The notes under the pieces: generated by a model
Database searches by the model: none
The model's input: the letters and a program-made list of their open reading frames with translations, nothing else
What the model was told of the DNA's origin: nothing
Program-made: the position numbers and the translations under genes
Source of the DNA: a virus
Reading direction: 5' to 3' (one strand)
Virus record (IMG/VR): IMGVR_UViG_3300045988_122236
Location: 1-40,831 of that record
DNA: 40,831 nt
In this document: positions 13,825-21,883 of the stretch, piece after piece
How the letters are laid out: every line of letters starts with the position of its first letter
Numbering within the stretch: position 1 is the first letter of the stretch

Positions 13825-14400
13825 ATGGCAGAAAAGAAGGCGGCGCAGGCCGTCCAGCAGATGAGCAAAGCGCAGCAGGGTGTTGAGCGAGCGAGACAGC
13901 AGGCAGAGCGCGGGGAACTGATCAGCAGGAAGGGAATCCGAATGAATCCGGCCAGCCTGGCGAATCTGAGGCCGTGCCGAACGCTTGACCAGCTAGAGCC
14001 GGAAGAGAAGAGAGAACGCCAGCAGTCAGGGGGAGCGGCAAGCGGAGAAAGCAGAAGGGCGCGGAGAAGTCTTCGAGAAATCTGCCAGGCAATAGCGGAC
14101 CTTCCTCTTTCTGATAAGGAAGCGCTGACTGATGCAGGAGCGCAGAGAATCGCAGAACAGACGGAACAGCAGACCGGGAAGCCCTGCACAATATATGAAG
14201 CGATGGCGGCTGCGCAGGCGGTGCAGGCGATGGCCGGGAATGTCAAGGCGTTCGTGGCGTTCCGGGATTCTGCGGGGGATAAACCGGCCGAAAACGTAGA
14301 GATTGGCGGGGAACTGTCGGCAAACTCGCAAGCGCTACTGGATAAGTTGGCGGCTATGAATGGGCTAAAAGTCCATGAAGACGGCGAGAATAACGGATAG
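13825..14400 (+). CDS. terS: Terminase small subunit (probable).
   Basis: GGAGGG SD. NPASLANLRP...GGAASGESRRARRSLREI...AQAVQAMAGNVKAFVAFRDSAGDKP resembles Firmicute-phage TerS proteins. First late gene, upstream of terL. Confidence 0.6.
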   Translation: MAEKKAAQAVQQMSKAQQGVERARQQAERGELISRKGIRMNPASLANLRPCRTLDQLEPEEKRERQQSGGAASGESRRARRSLREICQAIADLPLSDKEALTDAGAQRIAEQTEQQTGKPCTIYEAMAAAQAVQAMAGNVKAFVAFRDSAGDKPAENVEIGGELSANSQALLDKLAAMNGLKVHEDGENNG

Positions 14401-15632
14401 ATAACGATATAACGACAAAATGTATTTCGGTAAATAAGTATTTAGCGAAATAGTCAGGTTGACGGCGGGAAAAACAAGGCGGAGGGCCTAAACCTGAAAA
14501 CGGTTCCCGGTGCCTGAAGGACGGGGCAGGGTTGGCTGATGGGGGCTATTTTTTTAGGCATGGTTCTGCCCGATGGGGCATGGGGTGGGGGTATCCCCCC
14601 CCTATGATGGGCGACCGGGGCGCGAGGACGAGCGCATACCAGTACGAATGTGTCCGTCCCCCCAGACGAATATGCAAAAAAAATCCATGCAATATGCCAG
14701 AGAACCAGGGGCTATACCAAAAAATGGAAACAAAACTACATATCCTCCCCTATAAAGGGAATGGGGTGTGAAATTTATAGGTTCCCCAAAACAAAAATGA
14801 CATACGAAAAATCCCGGTGCGGAAGTAAGTCAACCTCCTCTCTTACTATTGGGATTAGGGCCGTCCGCTTCAAGACCCAGCGGCCAAATATAAAGCGCTT
14901 TGCAGAAATGCAGGCGCTTTTTTATATGCTGCATAGCCGACCAAACACCGGCTTGTTATCCATACAAGATTTAGACAAGTATTTGGTAGGGGCGCCGCGC
15001 ACGACGCGGCAAAGGTGCAAGACCTATGTGCAGTACCAAGGCCGATGATACGGGTAAAGGTAGCAGGGCCGGACGCGGCAATTGTGTTCCCCGTTAGGCA
15101 ACCGCCACGAGCCTACTGACAGTGCGTAACATGTGGCGGGTTCTAAACAGGTTCATGCCGATATGCCCCGCTAAAGAAACTTGCAGGGCAGAGCGCATGA
15201 GCCTTATATGCCAACATAGCTTAACTGGTAAAGCCGGGCCTTATGACAGCATAGCTGCGGGTTTAGTTGTGGGTTCAAATCCTGCTGTTGGCGAAAGCTG
15301 GGTCGCGCCCACCGGTGAAAGCCCGGCGCAGGCAAAACGCGATAGATCAACCTAAACGCTGTAAGCAAAGCGGCAAAGCCGATAAGGAGCGCGGCGCGAT
15401 GGCAGACCGCAACGGGACTTCGAGAGCCTGAAAAAGTCTGCACCACATCTGCTTGCGCGGACGCTGTCACTGACGCCGTTGCGCGTTGTGGCCCACTTTA
15501 ATCAAAGCAGAAACCGCGACCAGCGGACGGGATATAAATAACGCTGGATTACGTTGCAGGTGTGCAGCTGCAACGGGTGAGACCGGCACAGCATATACCG
15601 GTAGGGCGGGTACGGGGAATGTTTGAAAAGAG
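14401..15632 (+). ncRNA. 1.23-kb ORF-free, hairpin-rich region between terS and terL. Candidate large structured non-coding RNA(s).
   Basis: No SD-led or protein-like ORF in any frame. Many short GC helices. Internal hairpin plus U-run at 14892-14923. Embedded tRNA-like module. Boundaries and strand are not established. Confidence 0.4.
15210..15293 (+). ncRNA. tRNA-like module with a canonical acceptor stem, D-arm and T-arm but an aberrant anticodon arm (19-nt loop).
   Basis: GCCAACA/TGTTGGC acceptor. GCTT-AACTGGTA-AAGC D-arm. GTGGG-TTCAAAT-CCTGC T-arm. The anticodon stem is only GGGCC/GGTTT (3 G-U pairs) around an oversized loop. Confidence 0.5.
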
Positions 15633-17120
15633 GTGGGAGCGGTGGCAACTATAAAGGACCTGCTGGAAAGCGAACGTGAGAAATGCCGCCGTGACTCGGT
15701 TTATTTTTGCGAGACCTATTGCCACATTGAGGACAAGGATGCACCGGACCTGATACAGCCGTTTACTTTATGGGACGGGCAGAAGAAAGCGCTGCGGGTA
15801 TTTGCAGAAAACCGGCTGGTATGTGTGCTGAAAGCGCGACAGCTTGGCTTTACATGGCTCGCGTTGACAGAGGTGGCAAGACTGCTGGTTTGCAATACAG
15901 GCCGAACAGCGATTGGTTTAAGCCGGTCTGAGGACGAGGCAAAAGAACTGGTGCGCAGACTTGGCGTGATTTTGCGGTATATGCCGGAGCTGATTGCAGA
16001 TGGCGACGTGGCAAACTGGCCTGGGCCATCGTTTACCATGACCACCATGCAGCTGACAGTGAAATGGCCAGACGGGCCGGAGAGCGTGTTCAAGGCGTTC
16101 CCGTCAAGCCCGGCGGCAGGACGTTCCTTTACCGCTGACTTGATTGTGATTGACGAATGGGCGTTCCAGCAGTATGCAGAGGAAATCTGGCAGGCAGGTT
16201 TTCCAACCATCAACCGGCCGCTTGGCGGACGTGTGATAGGATTGAGCACTATCAAGCTGGGGACGTTGTTTGAGGAAATATACACAAACCCGGCAAATGG
16301 TTTTTATAAGCTGTTTTTGCCGTGGAGCACAGACCCGCGCAGAACGGCGCAATGGTACGCACAGACGGTTGCAGCGCTGGGGGAAGATAAGACGATGCAG
16401 GAGTACCCTGCCACCGAAGAAGAGGCCCTGAGCGCGCCGGGAGGACGTTTTTTCAGCGAGCTGGATAAGGACAAGCACCTTGTGGACACACCGCCCACAG
16501 GGAACCTGAGACGGTATGTGGCAATTGACTATGGCCTTGATATGCTGGCTGCGCTCTGGATTGCGGTGGACGAGGAAAACCACGCCACTGTATACAGGGT
16601 GGACGGCGGGCCGAACAAGACCATAGGCGAGGCGGCAGATTTGATTTTGCGTGACAGCGAGGGTGAAGAGATAGACATGTACCTTGCGCCGCCTGACTTG
16701 TGGAACAGGAGCCAGGAGAGCGGTAAGAGCCGGGCGCAGCTGTTCAGCGAAGCGCACCTGCCGCTTGTACAGTCGAGCCGGGATTTCCCCGCCGGGTGCG
16801 CTGCCATGAAGCAATGGTTGAGCGTGGACGAGAAAACCGGGAAAGCGTGGCTGACGTTTTATAAGCCCGGTGCATTGTGGGAGTGCATGACGAAAATCCA
16901 GAAGGATGACAAGAACCCGGATGTATACGCCAAGAACCCGCACAACCTGACGCATTATCCTGACAGCCTTAGGTATTTTTGCGTTTGGTGGACAGCCCCG
17001 GCGAAGAAGCCGAAGAACATCAAGAAGCGGCAATGGACGGCGGACATGTACGAGGACTACAAGAACGCCACATCTGATGAACGGAAAATGCTGATAGAAA
17101 GGTGGGGGCACCCTGCATGA
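15633..17120 (+). CDS. terL: Terminase large subunit. The likely true start is the GTG at 15642, 6 nt after GAGGTG.
   Basis: 495 aa. ATPase Walker B-like LIVIDEWAF. C-terminal nuclease-type region. Typical TerL size and position. Confidence 0.85.
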   Translation: MGAVATIKDLLESEREKCRRDSVYFCETYCHIEDKDAPDLIQPFTLWDGQKKALRVFAENRLVCVLKARQLGFTWLALTEVARLLVCNTGRTAIGLSRSEDEAKELVRRLGVILRYMPELIADGDVANWPGPSFTMTTMQLTVKWPDGPESVFKAFPSSPAAGRSFTADLIVIDEWAFQQYAEEIWQAGFPTINRPLGGRVIGLSTIKLGTLFEEIYTNPANGFYKLFLPWSTDPRRTAQWYAQTVAALGEDKTMQEYPATEEEALSAPGGRFFSELDKDKHLVDTPPTGNLRRYVAIDYGLDMLAALWIAVDEENHATVYRVDGGPNKTIGEAADLILRDSEGEEIDMYLAPPDLWNRSQESGKSRAQLFSEAHLPLVQSSRDFPAGCAAMKQWLSVDEKTGKAWLTFYKPGALWECMTKIQKDDKNPDVYAKNPHNLTHYPDSLRYFCVWWTAPAKKPKNIKKRQWTADMYEDYKNATSDERKMLIERWGHPA

Positions 17121-17296
17121 GATGCCAGACATGCGGTATTGAATGCCGAACTGTTTCTGAAACGGAAACACTCAGATTTGTTTGCCGGAACAAGAAATGC
17201 CCCGATTACGGGCATGTAATGGGCGAGAAAACAAACAATGCCCCCACTGTTAGAACCAATTACCCACAGGGCGAACAGAAGCCCGCAACTTTGTAA
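17117..17296 (+). CDS. Small zinc-ribbon protein (MRCQTCG...CRNKKCPDYGH).
   Basis: The ATG at 17117 overlaps the terL TGA (ATGA). A terminator follows. Confidence 0.5.
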   Translation: MRCQTCGIECRTVSETETLRFVCRNKKCPDYGHVMGEKTNNAPTVRTNYPQGEQKPATL

Positions 17297-17298
17297 AG

Positions 17299-17332
17299 AG
17301 CGCTTATCCCATTTGGGGTAGGCGCTTTTTTT
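17299..17332 (+). terminator. Intrinsic terminator (12-bp stem, T7).
   Basis: AGCGCTTATCCC-attt-GGGGTAGGCGCT followed by TTTTTTT. Confidence 0.8.
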
Positions 17333-17374
17333 ATAGGAATTTTTAGCTGGCGAGCGTTGAACGCGGAGGAACCA

Positions 17375-18184
17375 ATGGAAGAACTTGAAAATGGCGTGAC
17401 CGAGAGCGTAGCCGACTCTGAACCCGAAACCCAGGAAACCGAAGTACAGCAGGAAGAAACTGCACAGGAACCCGAACAGGAGCCTGCGCAGGAGCCTGAA
17501 ATCCCAAATAGCGTATGGGCTACCGCACGCAAGCGCAGCGAGCGAGAAGCACAGGAGCGGATTGACAGGGAGTTTGAACAGCGGTTTGCAGGGTACAAGA
17601 ACCCCAAGACGGGCGCTACCATCACATCCATGAAGGATTACTTTGCAGCGCTGGACGCACAGAACGAGATTGCCAGGCAGCGCGACATTGAGCGTGTTAC
17701 GGCAAACCAGACGGCAGAACAGGCGCAGGCAATCCGGCGATTGATTGAGAATGACCCGGAAAAAGCAAAGCTGAAAGCTGACATGGAGCAGATGCGGCAG
17801 GACGCTGCCCAGCAGCGTGCACAGGAAGCATTCAACGCTGATTTTGCTGCATTGCAGAAATTAGACCCGAGCATTAAGACCGTGCAGGATTTGAGCAATC
17901 AGCCCTGCTTTGCACAGGTGGTTGAGCTTGTGCAGAACAACGGCCTTGACCTTGTGACGGCCTATAAGGCTGCCAACTACCAGAATGCTGCCCAGAATAG
18001 TGCGGCGGCAGGCAAGCAGGCAGCGATCAATGCAGCGCGGGGGAAAAACCATCTGGCCCCGCATGACGGTGCATCGACACCGGGAAACCGCAAGGTTATG
18101 AGCGACAGTATGCTGCGCATGGCCCGCGAGGCGTTTCCCGACAAGAGCGATGCAGAACTTGAGAAGCTATATAACCAAATCTGA
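17375..18184 (+). CDS. Scaffolding protein (probable).
   Basis: GGAGGA SD. Acidic N-terminus. Long Q/A/R/E-rich coiled-coil-like body. Directly upstream of the capsid gene. Confidence 0.6.
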   Translation: MEELENGVTESVADSEPETQETEVQQEETAQEPEQEPAQEPEIPNSVWATARKRSEREAQERIDREFEQRFAGYKNPKTGATITSMKDYFAALDAQNEIARQRDIERVTANQTAEQAQAIRRLIENDPEKAKLKADMEQMRQDAAQQRAQEAFNADFAALQKLDPSIKTVQDLSNQPCFAQVVELVQNNGLDLVTAYKAANYQNAAQNSAAAGKQAAINAARGKNHLAPHDGASTPGNRKVMSDSMLRMAREAFPDKSDAELEKLYNQI

Positions 18185-18198
18185 AAGGAGCCTGAAGT

Positions 18199-19200
18199 AT
18201 GGCTGTTATTTTTAGCAAGGCAAGCGGCCTTGCAAACGATTTTTGGAATGAGTGGGCAGACCTGCTGACCATGAAGATGAAGGACACAGACAACGAGAAG
18301 AACAACGACGACGCACTGGTCAATGCGCTGTTCAACGTGAAGAAGTCCAAGCGCTTTGGCGAGAAGATTGCCGGCATGTCTACCTTCTCGAACTTTGATC
18401 TGGTGGATGAGGGTGCCTCCTCTCCGCTGGATGATTTCGGCGAGGTGGAACCCAAGCTGATTCAGCACAGCGAGTTCAAGAAAGCGTTCCGCATTACCAA
18501 GACAATGATTGAGGACAACCAGTTCGATATGGCTGCCGCCCGCGCTGCCGCTTATGTGCGTGCTTACAAGCGCAGCCGCGCTGAGCTTGCCAGCAAGGCA
18601 CTGACCAGTGCCGCCAAGACCTTTACTTATGGTTCCAAGAGCGGGCTGGATTCCACCACCGCCGATGGTCTGGCACTGTTTGATAAGGCCCATACCGGCA
18701 AGACCGGCGTTGCCACCCAGTCCAACGTGTTCACCAACGCTTTCGGCAATGATGATGCCATGCTGAACCGCCTTGCCAACATCGGTTTCAACTTTAAGAA
18801 CAACTCCGGCAACGGCATGGGCTATGTGTTCGACACCCTGATTGTTCCTTCCAACTGCTACCGCCTGATCACGCTGGGCAAGAAGATCATCAACTCTGAC
18901 CAGCAGGTGGGCAGCAACTACAACGATGTGAACGTAAACAAGGGCATGTGGAAGCTTGTGGTTGACCACCACTGGCAGGCCGCTGACGGAACAGAGCCCT
19001 ATATCCTGATGTCCAGCCAGGCCAACAAGGACCTGCTGGGCAACGTGTTCTACGACCGTACCGCGATGGAGACTTTCCAGAATGTGGACACCCTGACGCA
19101 GGACCTGATTACCTCCTGCCGTGGCCGTTTCAGCTGCGGCTTTGGCGATTGGCGTCATGTGATTTTGGGCGGTGCTGCTGCCGGTACGACCTTGGAGTGA
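18199..19200 (+). CDS. Major capsid protein (probable).
   Basis: 333 aa. AAAGGAG SD. Lies between the scaffold-like gene and a strong terminator. Composition is typical of major capsid proteins. Confidence 0.7.
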   Translation: MAVIFSKASGLANDFWNEWADLLTMKMKDTDNEKNNDDALVNALFNVKKSKRFGEKIAGMSTFSNFDLVDEGASSPLDDFGEVEPKLIQHSEFKKAFRITKTMIEDNQFDMAAARAAAYVRAYKRSRAELASKALTSAAKTFTYGSKSGLDSTTADGLALFDKAHTGKTGVATQSNVFTNAFGNDDAMLNRLANIGFNFKNNSGNGMGYVFDTLIVPSNCYRLITLGKKIINSDQQVGSNYNDVNVNKGMWKLVVDHHWQAADGTEPYILMSSQANKDLLGNVFYDRTAMETFQNVDTLTQDLITSCRGRFSCGFGDWRHVILGGAAAGTTLE

Positions 19201-19204
19201 TGGC

Positions 19205-19354
19205 ATGATTCCAAAAAACCTGAAACCGGGCGACACGTTTGAAGACGGCGGCCGTACCTTTGTGGTTGAGGAAATCTGTGCTGAGGGGTACATCAGCCGG
19301 ATGATTGAAAAAACAGAGGAAAAGCCGAAGCGCAAGCGCCGCACGGCAGAATGA
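19205..19354 (+). CDS. Small 49-aa protein with a basic tail (head decoration or unknown).
   Basis: ATG at 19205 preceded by GGAGTGA. Confidence 0.45.
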   Translation: MIPKNLKPGDTFEDGGRTFVVEEICAEGYISRMIEKTEEKPKRKRRTAE

Positions 19355-19359
19355 GTATC

Positions 19360-19390
19360 AGCCCCCACCTTAACCGGTGGGGGCTTTTTT
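19360..19390 (+). terminator. Intrinsic terminator after the capsid block.
   Basis: GCCCCCACC-ttaacc-GGTGGGGGC followed by T6. Confidence 0.85.
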
Positions 19391-19429
19391 ATCACAATTA
19401 CGGGGGCATGACCCCGCAGGGGTGAGGGT

Positions 19430-21295
19430 ATGAAGAAAACCGAGAAAGACAAAAGCCTTGAAAAGTGGCAGGGCAGGCTATCCACCGCAAAGGCACAGTA
19501 CAGCAGTGAGCTGAACAAGATGCGTCAGCGAGAGAATATGTACTACGGCAGCCATGAGATACTTGGCGCGAAAAAGAACGCTACCACCGGGCGCAACATT
19601 ACTTATGAGCTGATTGAAAGCCAGGTGGATTCCAGCATTCCGCAGCCGAAAGTGACGGCCATCCATGCGGAAGATGAAGAGAAAGCCCGCAAGATTGAGA
19701 ACCTTTTGCGCAATGAGGTGCGCAGAATCCACATTACGGAACTGAACGACCGGAGCGAGAGAACCGTGCCGATTCAGGGCGGAGACTTTTTCCATGTAGA
19801 ATGGAACCCGCTGGCAGGCTACCACTGTACGCTTGGTGATGTAGAAATAGATTTGCGCCACCCGCGACAGGTTATCCCGCAGCCCGGTATTTATGAGCTG
19901 GAACAGATGGATTATGTGTTTGTGCTGGTAAGTAAGAGCAAGGAATCCATTGAGGAGAAATACGGCATCACACTGGACACCGACACGGAAGATGCGCCGG
20001 AGGTGCGCGGTGGGGATGACATGACCCACACCGGCGTGGTAACACAGAACATTGTGTACTACAAGCACGATAAAGGCACAGTGGGCATGTTCAGCTGGGT
20101 AGGCAATCAGGTGTTGGAGGATTACCCAGACTACTACGCACGCACAGCAGAGGTCTGCACAAAATGCGGACGGAAGCGGATGGGTGACGTTTGTGTGTGC
20201 GGCAACAAGAAGTTTAAGGAACAGGCCGTGCAGACGGTGACGCTGACAGAAGATATTACCTTGTCTGACGGCACGGTGATTCCTGCCATGACGCAGGGCG
20301 AGGATGCGCCTGTGCTGAACCCGGACGGCAGCGAACAGCATGACGTAAATACCGGCGAAGTGATTATGATGCCGACGATGCACGCAACGGAGCTGCCGAC
20401 ATATAAACCGCGCGGGTTCCCGATTGTGGAGCGCATCAACATTGCCAGAAGCGGAAGCTTTTTGGGCGTTTCGGATGTGGATATTATCACAGACCAGCAG
20501 CAGGCCATCAACAAGTATGCTACCAAAATTCAGGAAAAATTGATGAAGGGCGGCAGCTTTGTGACGCTGCCGGATGGGCTGGATGTTGATAAGAGCGATG
20601 ATGAATTAAAAATTATCCGCATCCAGAACCCGAGCCAGGCACAGCAGATCAGCGTGATCAATGTGCAGCCGAACGTGAACAACGACATTACCATGATGGG
20701 GCTGCACTACGATTACGCCAAATCCATGACCGGCATTACCGACGCATATCAGGGCAAATACGACGCATCGGCTGTATCGGGCAGTGCAAAGCAGTTCAGC
20801 GCAAATCAGGCTGCCGGACGTATGCAGTCGAAACGCGAGATGAAGAACCAGGCGTATGCAAGACTGTACCGCCTGATTTTTGAGTATCTGCTGGCGTATG
20901 CGGACGAGCCGTACCCGATGACCGAGACCGAGACGGACGGCGAACAGCAGTACGGACACTTTGACCGCATGGAGTTTTTGAAGATGGATGCTGCCGGGGA
21001 GCTGTACTGGGATGATGAGTTTATCTTTGAAGTTGACCCCGCCAGCAACCTTGCCAGCAACCGCGAACGGCTGTGGGATATGATTGATGTGAAGTATCAG
21101 GCAAACGGCTTTGGCCCGATTACCGACCTTTCGAGCCAGTACCGCTTGTGGACGCTGCTGAAAGAAACCAATTTCCCGTATGCGGCAACGATGCAAAAAG
21201 CCATTAAAGAAGAGATGGAGAAGCAGGAATTGCAGCAGATGCAGTTACAGCAGATGCAGGGTGACATGGGGGTGACACAGGGTGACATGGTATGA
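19430..21295 (+). CDS. Portal protein (probable), with an inserted Cys4 knuckle (CTKCGRKRMGDVCVCGNKKF).
   Basis: 621 aa. N-terminal region ...NITYELIESQVDSSIPQPKV... resembles portal families. No other portal-sized candidate in the morphogenesis block. Confidence 0.6.
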   Translation: MKKTEKDKSLEKWQGRLSTAKAQYSSELNKMRQRENMYYGSHEILGAKKNATTGRNITYELIESQVDSSIPQPKVTAIHAEDEEKARKIENLLRNEVRRIHITELNDRSERTVPIQGGDFFHVEWNPLAGYHCTLGDVEIDLRHPRQVIPQPGIYELEQMDYVFVLVSKSKESIEEKYGITLDTDTEDAPEVRGGDDMTHTGVVTQNIVYYKHDKGTVGMFSWVGNQVLEDYPDYYARTAEVCTKCGRKRMGDVCVCGNKKFKEQAVQTVTLTEDITLSDGTVIPAMTQGEDAPVLNPDGSEQHDVNTGEVIMMPTMHATELPTYKPRGFPIVERINIARSGSFLGVSDVDIITDQQQAINKYATKIQEKLMKGGSFVTLPDGLDVDKSDDELKIIRIQNPSQAQQISVINVQPNVNNDITMMGLHYDYAKSMTGITDAYQGKYDASAVSGSAKQFSANQAAGRMQSKREMKNQAYARLYRLIFEYLLAYADEPYPMTETETDGEQQYGHFDRMEFLKMDAAGELYWDDEFIFEVDPASNLASNRERLWDMIDVKYQANGFGPITDLSSQYRLWTLLKETNFPYAATMQKAIKEEMEKQELQQMQLQQMQGDMGVTQGDMV

Positions 21296-21881
21296 TGTGA
21301 AGCTGGCCGCCTTGCAAAAGATGTTTGCAAGCGACGGCACCGATATTTCCAACCCGGATGAAGCAACCAAAGAATACCTGAACGCCATGCCGCATGCCGC
21401 GAATGAAGCCATTGAGATGCTTTGCACGGCAGGGCGTTATCTGCGAAAAAGCTACATGACAAGCAAGGACAAGGGCGAAGCCCTGACGGTAAACCTTGAA
21501 TACGAAGTGCCGGACTACTGGCGCATGGGGAACATGGAGGTTTACAAGCTGGTGGACGATACGCCTGAACCTGTGGACGGTGTGGCGCTGTACGGCGGTA
21601 AGTATCTGGTATTCCCGGCGGAATTCGAGGGTGACTTTGAGTTCTTTTACGATGCCAAGCCAACAACCATTACGCTGAGCACGCCGGATTCCAAGAAGAT
21701 TGATTTGCCGGATGACGCTGTGGTGCTGCTGCCGCTGTACATTGCAAGCCAGCTGTACAAGGACGACGATAATGCGATTGCCACGATGTACCGCAACGAG
21801 TTTGAAACGGCCTTTGAACGGCTGACCAATCCCAGAACCGTAACGAGGGAGAAGTTCAGCAGCAATACAGGGTGGTGGTAA
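21282..21881 (+). CDS. Head-tail adaptor / head-completion protein (positional call).
   Basis: 199-aa ORF. Its GTG start overlaps the end of the portal gene. Confidence 0.5.
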   Translation: MTWYDVKLAALQKMFASDGTDISNPDEATKEYLNAMPHAANEAIEMLCTAGRYLRKSYMTSKDKGEALTVNLEYEVPDYWRMGNMEVYKLVDDTPEPVDGVALYGGKYLVFPAEFEGDFEFFYDAKPTTITLSTPDSKKIDLPDDAVVLLPLYIASQLYKDDDNAIATMYRNEFETAFERLTNPRTVTREKFSSNTGWW

Positions 21882-21883
21882 TT

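Noticed and set aside
14650-15048. 132-aa ORF, together with 14532..14771, 15122..15355 and 15204..15470(-), as protein genes filling the terS-terL gap.
   Set aside because: They have no SD and overlap each other. Composition is basic and low-complexity, unlike the other proteins here. They are also interrupted by a hairpin plus T-run and by the tRNA-like module.
15210-15293. Calling this a bona fide tRNA gene with an assigned anticodon.
   Set aside because: I could not build a 5-bp anticodon stem with a 7-nt loop. Only a G-U-rich stem around a 19-nt loop fits, so no anticodon or isotype is claimed.
17977-19518. 513-aa minus-strand ORF antisense to the capsid gene. Similar long antisense ORFs occur at 16104..17171, 27339..28679, 29195..30388, 30701..31645, 31492..32478, 32837..34147 and 34337..35134.
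   Set aside because: These are typical shadow ORFs of GC-rich coding DNA. They have Arg/Ala/Cys/His-rich junk composition and no SD. Each lies opposite a gene with clear motifs or context.
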